From a virus (Duplodnaviria; Caudoviricetes), in IMG/VR virus record IMGVR_UViG_3300011334_000302, positions 1 through 28,131 of that record: a stretch of DNA of 28,131 nt. The stretch is one strand, 5' to 3'. Shown here piece by piece: positions 1 to 8,296 of this stretch; within the stretch, counting starts at the first letter, position 1; every line of letters starts with the position of its first letter. The notes beneath the pieces were generated by a model. It worked only from the letters and a program-made list of their open reading frames with translations, made no database searches and was not told the origin of the DNA. The position numbers and the translations under genes were made by a program.

Positions 1-1289
1 CGATTGCCTCCGGTCGCGGTATCGGCAAGTCGGCGCTGGTGTCTTGGATCGTCATTTGGATGCTCACGACCCGCATAGGCTCAACGACCATCGTCAGTGC
101 CAACTCCGAGGCGCAGCTTCGCGCGGTGACATGGGCAGAAATTACAAAGTGGCTGGCGATGGCGCTACACAGCCACTGGTTTGAGATCAGCGCCACAAGA
201 ATCACCCCCGCGCAATGGTTGACGGAGCTGGTGGAGCGCGACTTGAAGAAGGGAACACGCTACTGGGCCGCTGAAGGGCGGTTGTGGAGCGAGGAGAATC
301 CCGACGCGTATGCCGGTGTGCATAACTACGATGGCGTGCTGGTTATATTTGATGAGGCGAGCGGTATCCCTGACCCTATTTGGGCGGTGACGGGCGGCTT
401 TTTCACGGAAAACACGCCAAATCGCTTCTGGTGCGCGTTTTCCAACCCCCGACGCAACCAAGGATACTTCTACGAGTGCTTTAACGCCAAACGCGACTTC
501 TGGCAGACGCAGAACATCGACGCGCGCACGGTAGAGGACACCGATAAGCAGGTATATGAGCAGATCATCGCCGAATATGGCGAAGATAGCGCCCAGGCGC
601 GGGGAGAAGTGTACGGGGAATTCCCCTCCAGCGGCGATGGGCAATTTATTAGCCCCACGGCGGTCAACGACGCGGCCAATCGGCCCCGCTACAAGGACTC
701 AACAGCCCCGATCGTGATGGGTATCGACCCGGCACGCGGCGGCGCGGACTCCACGGTGATTCTGGTGCGCCAAGGGCGCGACATTGTGGCGATTAAGCGC
801 TATCAAGGGGAGGACACCATGACCATTGTGGGCCGCGTGATCGACGCAATTGAGGAATTTAAGCCGGCGCTGACGGTGATTGACGAAGGCGGCTTGGGGT
901 ATGGCATCTTGGATCGGCTCAACGAGCAGCGGTATAAGGTGCGCGGCGTAAACTTTGGCTGGAAGGCTAAGAACTCCATTATGTGGGGTAACAAACGCGC
1001 TGAACTTTGGGGGGCTATGAAAGACTGGCTGCGTACTGCTAGTATCCCGCCAGACAAGCAGTTAAAAGCTGACTTGACCGGCCCGATGACCAAACCCAAC
1101 TCTGCGGGGACGATCTTCTTGGAGGGTAAAAAGGAAATGCGCTCGCGTGGCTTGGCGTCTCCCGACGCTGCCGATGCGCTGGCGGTGACTTTTGCCTTCC
1201 CCGTCGCCCATAGAGAGTACAATTCACGCAACGAACCGCGTAAAGCCTATGGGCAAAGCACGGTTACTACCAGTTGGATGGGCGCGTAA
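1..1289 (+). CDS. terL: Terminase large subunit (5'-truncated)
   Basis: The frame is open from position 3 and reads IASGRGIGKS (Walker A) upstream of the track start at 39. It also has Walker B VIFDEAS, coupling motif SNP, and RNase H-like nuclease motifs GIDPARGGADST and SPDAADALA. It lies upstream of the portal. Confidence 0.93.
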   Translation, partial: IASGRGIGKSALVSWIVIWMLTTRIGSTTIVSANSEAQLRAVTWAEITKWLAMALHSHWFEISATRITPAQWLTELVERDLKKGTRYWAAEGRLWSEENPDAYAGVHNYDGVLVIFDEASGIPDPIWAVTGGFFTENTPNRFWCAFSNPRRNQGYFYECFNAKRDFWQTQNIDARTVEDTDKQVYEQIIAEYGEDSAQARGEVYGEFPSSGDGQFISPTAVNDAANRPRYKDSTAPIVMGIDPARGGADSTVILVRQGRDIVAIKRYQGEDTMTIVGRVIDAIEEFKPALTVIDEGGLGYGILDRLNEQRYKVRGVNFGWKAKNSIMWGNKRAELWGAMKDWLRTASIPPDKQLKADLTGPMTKPNSAGTIFLEGKKEMRSRGLASPDAADALAVTFAFPVAHREYNSRNEPRKAYGQSTVTTSWMGA

Positions 1290-1549
1290 TGGCTAAGAAA
1301 AGTGTTTCTTTAGCGGTCGGACGCGGCGAGAAACTCTCCGTGGCCAAGGGCGCAGGGTTGACGGCTAAAGGCCGCGCCAAGTACAACGCCGCCACAGGGT
1401 CACACCTGAAGGCCCCCGCGCCGCATCCTAAGAGTAAAGCTGAAGCAGGGCGCAAGAAGTCGTTTTGCGCTAGGATGGGTGGCGTTGTGGCAAAGTCCAA
1501 GAACGCTGACCGTGCTAAAGCCAGCATGAAAAGGTGGAATTGCGGATGA
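1289..1549 (+). CDS. Small basic phage protein (86 aa; DUF6321-like)
   Basis: ATG overlaps the terL stop (TAATG). K/R-rich, with the motif GLTAKGRAKYNAATGSHLKAP...RKKSFCARMGG...RWNC that is familiar from aquatic phage genomes. Confidence 0.75.
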   Translation: MAKKSVSLAVGRGEKLSVAKGAGLTAKGRAKYNAATGSHLKAPAPHPKSKAEAGRKKSFCARMGGVVAKSKNADRAKASMKRWNCG

Positions 1550-1698
1550 AAAAGCCAGGGTTGTACGCTAATATTAACGCCAAGCGCGAACGTATTGCCG
1601 CCGGGTCTGGCGAGAAAATGCGAAAGCCTAGCGCCAAGGGCGCACCGACGGCTAAGGCATTTCGGGATTCGGCCAAGACCGCCAAGAAAAGGAAGTAA
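1546..1698 (+). CDS. Small basic protein, 50 aa (not in ORF track)
   Basis: ATGA overlap with the previous stop. Translates to MKKPGLYANINAKRERIAAGSGEKMRKPSAKGAPTAKAFRDSAKTAKKRK and fills the gap exactly. Confidence 0.75.
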   Translation: MKKPGLYANINAKRERIAAGSGEKMRKPSAKGAPTAKAFRDSAKTAKKRK

Positions 1699-1699
1699 T

Positions 1700-1843
1700 A
1701 TGCCTTTGGTTAAATCCTCATCCAAGCAAGCCTTCCGCAAGAACGTCAAGGCGGAAGTTGCTGCGGGCAAGCCGGTTAAGCAGGCCGTCGCAATCGCTTA
1801 CGCCACCAAACGCCGCGCTGGCGGTAGCAAAGGCAAAAAGTAA
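1700..1843 (+). CDS. Small basic protein, 47 aa
   Basis: ATG at 1700 follows an AAGGAAG RBS, 1 nt after the previous stop. Translates to MPLVKSSSKQAFRKNVKAEVAAGKPVKQAVAIAYATKRRAGGSKGKK. The track start at 1595 is probably too long. Confidence 0.75.
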   Translation: MPLVKSSSKQAFRKNVKAEVAAGKPVKQAVAIAYATKRRAGGSKGKK

Positions 1844-1846
1844 TTC

Positions 1847-4000
1847 ATGCCGCAAGATTACACGGGCATCGCAGCCGCTGGCGCTGTATCCAACGGCGGG
1901 TCGGCCAAAGACAAGTCAGATGACCAAGTTCTGGCAACCGCCCGTGCGCGGCTGGACACGGCTATCTCCGCGTTGTCCGAATCACGCGAAGATGAACTCG
2001 ATGACCTGCGGTTTTACGCAGGGTCACCGGATAATCATTGGCAATGGCCCGCCGATGTGTTGGCTACCCGTGGAGCCGTGCAAGGTCAAACCATTAACGC
2101 ACGGCCATGCTTAACGATTAACAAGCTGCCCCAGCACGTTCATCAAGTCACCAATGAACTGCGGTTAAACCGCCCGGCCCCCAAGGTCATCCCTGCCGAT
2201 GACAAGGCCGACATTGAAGTAGCCGACGTATTCAACGGGCTGATCCGCCACATTGAGTACATCTCCGATGCGGACGTGGCTTACGACACAGCGTGCGAAA
2301 ACCAAGTCACTTACGGCGAAGGCTACATCCGTTTGCTGACCGAATACTGCAACGCCGATACGTTTGACCAAGACATCAAGATTGGGCGCATTCGCAACTC
2401 CTTTAGCGTATACATGGATCCGATGATGCAAGATCCCTGCGGCGCGGATGCCCGCTGGTGCTTCATCACGGAAGACATCGCCAAGGATGAATACGAGCGT
2501 CTGTACCCAGACGCAGCGCCTATTTCGACCTTGCAGACGCTGGGCGTGGGCGATCAGTCCATCAGCCAGTGGATGAACGAGAACACGGTTCGCATTGCTG
2601 AGTATTTCTATTATGAGATCAGCAAGCAGACGTTGAACCTGTACCCAGGCAACGTCACAGCGTTCCAAGGTTCGCCCGAAGACAAGATGCTGCGGATGCA
2701 GTTTGGCAAGCCGCTGCGCTCGCGCGACGCTGAACGCAAGCAAGTCAAGTGGCTCAAGATCAACGGCTACGAAGTGCTTGAGAAAGCCGACTGGGCCGGC
2801 GATCACATCCCCGTTATTCGCGTGCTGGGTAACGAGTTTGAGGTTGAAGGGCGTATCTACATCTCGGGTCTGGTGCGCAACGCCAAAGACCCGCAGCGTA
2901 TGTACAACTACTGGGTCAGCCAAGAAGCCGAAATGCTGGCGCTGGCACCCAAGGCACCGTTTATCGGTTACGGCGGTCAGTTTGAGGGTTACGAGTCGCA
3001 GTGGAAGACTGCCAACACCAACAACTGGCCTTATCTGGAAGTCAACCCGGACGTCACGGACGGGGCTGGCGGTATGTTGCCGCTGCCGTCTCGCGCACAG
3101 CCTCCTATGGCCTCTAGCGGGCTTCTGCAAGCCAAGGCGGGCGCTGCGGAGGACATTAAGTCCGTCACGGGGCAGTACAACGCTGCGCTGGGCATGGCGG
3201 GCAACGAACGCTCGGGTAAGGCCATTCTGGCTCGCCAGAAGGAAGCTGACACCGGCACTTACCACTACAACGACAACTACGCCCGTGCTGTCCGGCGCTT
3301 GGCGCGGCAGTTGATCGACCTGATTCCCAAGATCTACGACACGCAGCGCGTGGCGCGGATCGTCAAGGAAGACGGTGAGTCACAGGCTATCAAGATCAAC
3401 CCGATGCAGCCCGAAGCGGTCAAAAAGATCGTGGACGAGCGCGGCATCGTGATTGACAAAATCTACAACCCCGGCGTCGGCAAGTACGATGTGATGGTTG
3501 TGACCGGCCCAGGCTACGCGACCAAGCGCCAAGAGGCGATGGAAGCAATGGGCCAGCTTCTGCAAGGCAACCCGCAACTGTGGGCTGTGGCGGGCGACCT
3601 GTTTGTTAAGAACATGGACTGGCCCGGCGCTCAGGAAATGGCCAAGCGGTTTGCCAAGACCATTGATCCTAAGATCCTCAACGATCAGGACGAAGATCCG
3701 GCCCTTGCCGCTGCCAACCAGCAGATGCAGGCGATGGGGCAGGAAATGGAGCAGATGCACCAGATGCTTCAGAACGTCAACAAGTCGATGGAAGCGCAGG
3801 ACATGAAGCGCAAGGACTTTGAGGCGCAAGTTAAGGCGTTTGACGCTGAGACCAAGCGTCTGACCGCTGTGCAGGCCAGTATGTCGCCAGAACAGATTCA
3901 GGACATCGTATTGGGCACGGTTCATGGCATGATTACATCGGGCGATCTGGTGGCGGAGATGCCCGGACGCGAAACACCGGATCAGGGGATGATGCAATGA
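1847..4000 (+). CDS. P22-like portal protein
   Basis: 717 aa, similar in size to P22 gp1. Motifs DLRFYAG..QWP, RPCLTINKL, GLVRNAKDPQRMYNY, SGKAILARQ, GKYDVMVVTGPGYATKRQE, and a Q/M-rich C-terminal barrel-like coiled coil. Confidence 0.92.
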   Translation: MPQDYTGIAAAGAVSNGGSAKDKSDDQVLATARARLDTAISALSESREDELDDLRFYAGSPDNHWQWPADVLATRGAVQGQTINARPCLTINKLPQHVHQVTNELRLNRPAPKVIPADDKADIEVADVFNGLIRHIEYISDADVAYDTACENQVTYGEGYIRLLTEYCNADTFDQDIKIGRIRNSFSVYMDPMMQDPCGADARWCFITEDIAKDEYERLYPDAAPISTLQTLGVGDQSISQWMNENTVRIAEYFYYEISKQTLNLYPGNVTAFQGSPEDKMLRMQFGKPLRSRDAERKQVKWLKINGYEVLEKADWAGDHIPVIRVLGNEFEVEGRIYISGLVRNAKDPQRMYNYWVSQEAEMLALAPKAPFIGYGGQFEGYESQWKTANTNNWPYLEVNPDVTDGAGGMLPLPSRAQPPMASSGLLQAKAGAAEDIKSVTGQYNAALGMAGNERSGKAILARQKEADTGTYHYNDNYARAVRRLARQLIDLIPKIYDTQRVARIVKEDGESQAIKINPMQPEAVKKIVDERGIVIDKIYNPGVGKYDVMVVTGPGYATKRQEAMEAMGQLLQGNPQLWAVAGDLFVKNMDWPGAQEMAKRFAKTIDPKILNDQDEDPALAAANQQMQAMGQEMEQMHQMLQNVNKSMEAQDMKRKDFEAQVKAFDAETKRLTAVQASMSPEQIQDIVLGTVHGMITSGDLVAEMPGRETPDQGMMQ

Positions 4001-4359
4001 CAATGGCAGATTTCATCGGGCAGTTGTTTTTGGCCCGCGATGTGACCCATTCGGTGCATTTGAACACCCGCAGCTATGCCAAGCACAAAGCCTTGCAGAA
4101 GTTCTATGAGGGCATTGTGGATCTGGCTGATGGGCTGTCGGAGGCATATCAGGGCCGGCACGGGCTGATGGGGCCAATTACGCTGCATTCGGCCAAGAAG
4201 TCCAACAACATCATTGAATTTCTGGAAGATTCGCTGGCGCAAATTGAAGCCTCGCGGTACGAAGTCATCGACAAATCCGACACCGCTTTGCATAATCTGG
4301 TAGACGGGATAGTCGAGTTGTACCTGTCGACCCTGTACAAACTCAAATTCCTCGCATAA
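3997..4359 (+). CDS. Dps/ferritin-like four-helix protein (DUF5856-like)
   Basis: ATGA overlap with the portal stop (alternative start 4003). The segment HSVHLNTRSYAKH-x14-D-x3-E matches Dps ferroxidase ligand spacing. Ends LYKLKFLA. Confidence 0.75.
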   Translation: MTMADFIGQLFLARDVTHSVHLNTRSYAKHKALQKFYEGIVDLADGLSEAYQGRHGLMGPITLHSAKKSNNIIEFLEDSLAQIEASRYEVIDKSDTALHNLVDGIVELYLSTLYKLKFLA

Positions 4360-4368
4360 GGATTCATC

Positions 4369-4635
4369 ATGGCTAACTACACCCAGACCAGCGCGACCCA
4401 GCAAGTTAAGGTTGGCGCGGGCAAGCTGTACGGTATTTTTGTCTCCACGACGTCTTCCGGCACGCTGACCGTATACGATTCGGCAGGCAGCAGCGCCAGC
4501 GACCCGAAGATTTTGGATACGATTACCGTCGCGGCTGGCACGACCTATGCCAACTTCCCGTCGGGGCTGTTCTTTAACAAGGGCCTGTACATCGTCCTTG
4601 CTAACTCCGCTTCTTTCACCGTCGCATACGAATAA
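4369..4635 (+). CDS. Small beta-rich hypothetical virion protein
   Basis: AAGGA RBS, 88 aa, T/S/G-rich, backbone-like codon usage. Confidence 0.7.
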   Translation: MANYTQTSATQQVKVGAGKLYGIFVSTTSSGTLTVYDSAGSSASDPKILDTITVAAGTTYANFPSGLFFNKGLYIVLANSASFTVAYE

Positions 4636-4647
4636 TCGAGGCGCACA

Positions 4648-6942
4648 ATGGCCGTCTTCCTCTCACCTGTGGGCGGCGTTGCGGCCCAGTTCTTTACTAA
4701 CAACGGCGTGCCGCTCTCTGGCGGCAAGTTGTACACCTACGCCGCTGGCACCACTACGCCCGCAGCGACCTATACGTCATCTTCTGGCGTTACGGCTCAC
4801 GCCAACCCGATTGTGTTGGATTCCGGCGGCCGCGTACCTGGCGGCGAGACTTGGCTTACCGATGGCACCAGCTATAAGTTTTTGCTCAAAGACAGCACCG
4901 ACGTCCTGATTGCCACCTACGACAACATCGTTGGTATCAACTCCAACTTTGTAAACTTCTTTGCAGAAGAAGAAATTCAAGTTGCCACGGCGGGGCAGAC
5001 GGTCTTTACGCTGGCTAACCCGTATGTGCCCGGCGGCAACACGTTGAGCGTGTTTGTTGATGGTGTGAACCAATACAGCGGCTCGACGTACAGCTACGTT
5101 GAAACCAGCGCCAGCACCGTGACCTTTGATTCCGGCCTTCATGTTGGCGCGTTGGTCAAATTCACCACTGTGCAGTCGTTGACCTCCGGCCAGCAGACTG
5201 ATGCGGCATTGGTGACGTACAACGAAGGCGACACGGGCGCGGTGACCTATACAGTTCGTGCCAAGCTGCAACAGATTGTTAGCGTCAAAGACTTCGGCGC
5301 GGTTGGGGATGGCGCGGCCGACGATACAACAGCAATTCAAGCCGCTAACGACGCGGTAAATACTGCTGGTGGCGGTCAAGTGTATTTTCCCGCGGGAACG
5401 TACAAAACAACCGGCCCTATCTATCGCAGTATTGGCGTATCGTTTATTGGCGCGGGGCGCAGCAACACCAAGATTGATGCTCGCCATAACGGAGTAATTG
5501 TTTCTTGCTTCAACACGTTGTTGCCCGCTGTTCAAGACGACAATTACAGTGTGGTATCCGGGCTTCGGTTTTCTACCGGCGGCGCGTTCACCCCCAGCTA
5601 TGCGTTGTTGTACCGTTGCATTGGTTTTACTCGCGTAGAAAATTGCCGTATTGATTCTGGTATATTAAACGGCATTTATGGGCAATTTGTTCTCAACAGC
5701 CGGTTTACAAACCTCAATATTGAAGCCGCTACTGGCGTATCTTTTTATTCAACCAGTGTTGCAGACGGTTGCAACCTAAACATTTTTGACGAAGTAGCTT
5801 TTGCCAACAACGCCACTTGCGCCTTGTTGATTGAAGGTCATGGCAGCTATCAAAACGAGTTTAGAACTTGCTCATTTTTTACGGCGGCAACAACGTCAAT
5901 AGATCACATTTACGCTTGCAAAACGCGGTTTGTAAATTGCACTTGGGAAGCTAACCTTACGCACCCCGTAAAATTGCGCGGCGGCGATGGCATTTCGTTT
6001 ATTGATTGCTCGCAAATTGACCCAAACACTTTTATTGATGCGGCTACGTTTGGCGCAACCAATGTCATTTTTGAACGTCCGTTGTTGTGGAACACAAATA
6101 CGGTTACGCCCAGCCTGTTGTCGGCTGAACAGATTACGTTGCGTGATCCGGTCTACACCTTGGACGAACCAATTGAAGTTAGCGATCACGAGGAATACCA
6201 CCTTACGTCACTGCGACATTCAACGGGCAACCAATTTGCACACTTCCCTGGCTATGCCAATTTCAGTTCGTCGCATGCTAATTCTCACGTTACCCCATTT
6301 GGCGGCGTAATTAAGCCGAACGCTTACAACCGCGTTGGATCGTGGAATTTTTCGGACGCCGCGCAATGGTCGCCAGCAGGTACGTCAGGTGCTACCGATC
6401 CGTTTGGCGGCACCAGCGCGTACAACATGAATACGGTTAACTCTAATCACACGGGATTTAGTTTAACTACGGCGGCTACAGGGCGCACGTTTACATTTCA
6501 AGTGTGGGCTAAGTTTATTGGCCGCGTGCGTATTGGCCTTGGCACTACCGTTGGTGGCATCAAGAAATTTGCCAATTTCTACAGCAGTTATTCTGATTGG
6601 ATGTTGTTGTCGGTTACCTACACATCGGGAACCGATGCCGGAACAATTCCGTTTATGAATATCGTTACCGACCAAGCAACCGTATTGTGGCGGCCGTGTC
6701 ATTACGAAAATCTTGGGCCGTTGCCCGCTATTCAACCCGCGCGTAATTTGGCGGGAATTGTGACGCCCATGACGGTAGACAACACGCAAATTGTGACCTA
6801 TAGCAATGCAGCGCCTACGGCGAACACTTGGGCGATTGGCGACGCGGTTCGTCAAACTGTCCCTGTAGTGGGTCAGCCTAAAGGCTGGCGTTGCACTGCG
6901 GGCGGTACGCCAGGCACTTGGGTCAGCGAAGGTAATCTGTAA
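4648..6942 (+). CDS. Tailspike 1: head-binding-like N-terminus plus pectate-lyase-like beta-helix
   Basis: GAGG RBS. The N-terminus QFFTNNGVPLSGGKLYTYAAGTTTP...NPIVLDSGGR resembles P22-type tailspike head-binding domains. It is followed by the neck/beta-helix entry KLQQIVSVKDFGAVGDGAADDTTAIQAA...YFPAGTY, then N/C/F ladder repeats and C-terminal GWRCTAGGTPGTW. Confidence 0.85.
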   Translation: MAVFLSPVGGVAAQFFTNNGVPLSGGKLYTYAAGTTTPAATYTSSSGVTAHANPIVLDSGGRVPGGETWLTDGTSYKFLLKDSTDVLIATYDNIVGINSNFVNFFAEEEIQVATAGQTVFTLANPYVPGGNTLSVFVDGVNQYSGSTYSYVETSASTVTFDSGLHVGALVKFTTVQSLTSGQQTDAALVTYNEGDTGAVTYTVRAKLQQIVSVKDFGAVGDGAADDTTAIQAANDAVNTAGGGQVYFPAGTYKTTGPIYRSIGVSFIGAGRSNTKIDARHNGVIVSCFNTLLPAVQDDNYSVVSGLRFSTGGAFTPSYALLYRCIGFTRVENCRIDSGILNGIYGQFVLNSRFTNLNIEAATGVSFYSTSVADGCNLNIFDEVAFANNATCALLIEGHGSYQNEFRTCSFFTAATTSIDHIYACKTRFVNCTWEANLTHPVKLRGGDGISFIDCSQIDPNTFIDAATFGATNVIFERPLLWNTNTVTPSLLSAEQITLRDPVYTLDEPIEVSDHEEYHLTSLRHSTGNQFAHFPGYANFSSSHANSHVTPFGGVIKPNAYNRVGSWNFSDAAQWSPAGTSGATDPFGGTSAYNMNTVNSNHTGFSLTTAATGRTFTFQVWAKFIGRVRIGLGTTVGGIKKFANFYSSYSDWMLLSVTYTSGTDAGTIPFMNIVTDQATVLWRPCHYENLGPLPAIQPARNLAGIVTPMTVDNTQIVTYSNAAPTANTWAIGDAVRQTVPVVGQPKGWRCTAGGTPGTWVSEGNL

Positions 6943-6948
6943 GCTAAA

Positions 6949-8010
6949 ATGGCTAACAGCAAGATATCGGCCTTAACTTCCGCTACCACGCCGCTGGCGG
7001 GTACGGAAGTTTTGCCCGTTGTTCAAAGCAGCACGACCAAACAAGTGTCGGTAGCTAACTTGACAGCGGGCAGAGCAATTAGCGCCGCTAGTTTGGCGTT
7101 AACCACGCCGCTGTCTGTGGCTAACGGTGGAACAGGCGCTGCGTCTTGGACTGCAAACGGCATTGTTTACGCCAGTGGCACCACAACGTTAACCAATGGC
7201 ACGGCGCTAACATTTAACGGCACAAATTTTGGCTTGGGTGTGACAATTAGCACTGCTTGGGGCGGCGTTGGCAGCGCCATGCAGATTGGGTCTTATATCA
7301 GCCTCAACAGCAACAGCAATTTGGGCGCTGGCGATTTGTCGTACAACAGCATTCGCACGGCTTCCGACTCATACCAATATCTAGCTACGAACAACGCGAC
7401 ACGCTTTCAACAGCGCGACGGCGCGTTTAAATGGTTTACCGCGCCATCTGGCACCGCCGGAACGGCCATTACGTTTACGCAAAGCATGATTTTGGATGCG
7501 TCCAGTAATCTTACGCTTAACGTAGGCAACCTAATTGTCGGCACATCAGGCAAAGGCATCGACTTTTCGGCAACGCCAGGCACGGGCACAAGTGAGTTGT
7601 TCAAAGACTATGAGGAAGGAACATTCACGCCTGTTTTGACCGACGGAACTAACAACGTTTCGGCATACTATTACCAATGGGGTAATTACACCAAGGTTGG
7701 AAATCGAGTTTTATACGATATTACGATTTCTATTCAAACCAAAGGGTCAATCACCGGTGATATTTATATAACCGGCTTGCCGTTTACGTCAACCGGGCCG
7801 TCGTACCCTAATTCCGTAACTTTTTATGCCGCGGCTTGCAAAATTTTTAACACTGGAACCCGTGATGAAATGGCTGCACAAGTTGAGCCAAATTCAATCA
7901 AAGTATCAATTTTAAAAATCACCGGAAACGGCCAAGCCGCAGTGCAAGCCGCTGACGTAACCCCAGGCAGTCAAATTTTTGTTAGCGGACATTATTGGAC
8001 GTTATCGTAG
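6949..8010 (+). CDS. Tail/head fibre-like protein
   Basis: N-terminal KISALTSATTPLAGTEVLPVVQ, an LSVANGGTG fibre repeat, and the C-terminal module GIDFSATPGTGTSELFKDYEEGTFTP...YTKVGNRV typical of phage fibre proteins. Confidence 0.75.
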   Translation: MANSKISALTSATTPLAGTEVLPVVQSSTTKQVSVANLTAGRAISAASLALTTPLSVANGGTGAASWTANGIVYASGTTTLTNGTALTFNGTNFGLGVTISTAWGGVGSAMQIGSYISLNSNSNLGAGDLSYNSIRTASDSYQYLATNNATRFQQRDGAFKWFTAPSGTAGTAITFTQSMILDASSNLTLNVGNLIVGTSGKGIDFSATPGTGTSELFKDYEEGTFTPVLTDGTNNVSAYYYQWGNYTKVGNRVLYDITISIQTKGSITGDIYITGLPFTSTGPSYPNSVTFYAAACKIFNTGTRDEMAAQVEPNSIKVSILKITGNGQAAVQAADVTPGSQIFVSGHYWTLS

Positions 8011-8018
8011 GAAAAAAC

Positions 8019-8294
8019 ATGGCCATTGAAAAACAAATTGTTGACGATGTTATTGAAATCACCGAGAACAAAACGGTGCAAATTCGTCAAGCAACAAGAA
8101 TTATTGAAGATGGAAAATTGCTTTCGTCGGCGTTTCATCGGCGGGTAATTTGCCCTGGTGATGATTTTTCCAATGAATCAGACTTGGTAAAAGATATTTG
8201 CCAATTGGTGCATACAGAACAAACAATTGCCGCCTATCAACAGATGATAGAGCAAGCAAATGAAGCATATAAGCAAATGCAAGTGGGAGAATAA
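8019..8294 (+). CDS. Fibre-associated small protein (putative chaperone/accessory)
   Basis: ATG at 8019 after an AGGA RBS. Sequence IEITENKTVQIRQATRIIEDGKLLSSAFHRRVICPGDDFSNE...HTEQTIAAY; this family typically follows DYEEGT-type fibre genes. Confidence 0.7.
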   Translation: MAIEKQIVDDVIEITENKTVQIRQATRIIEDGKLLSSAFHRRVICPGDDFSNESDLVKDICQLVHTEQTIAAYQQMIEQANEAYKQMQVGE

Positions 8295-8296
8295 AG

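Noticed and set aside
2165-3265. 366-aa antisense ORF opposite the portal (also 14204-15097, 15104-15916 and 4777-5535 opposite other genes)
   Set aside because: These are shadow ORFs explained by the codon bias of well-supported plus-strand genes.
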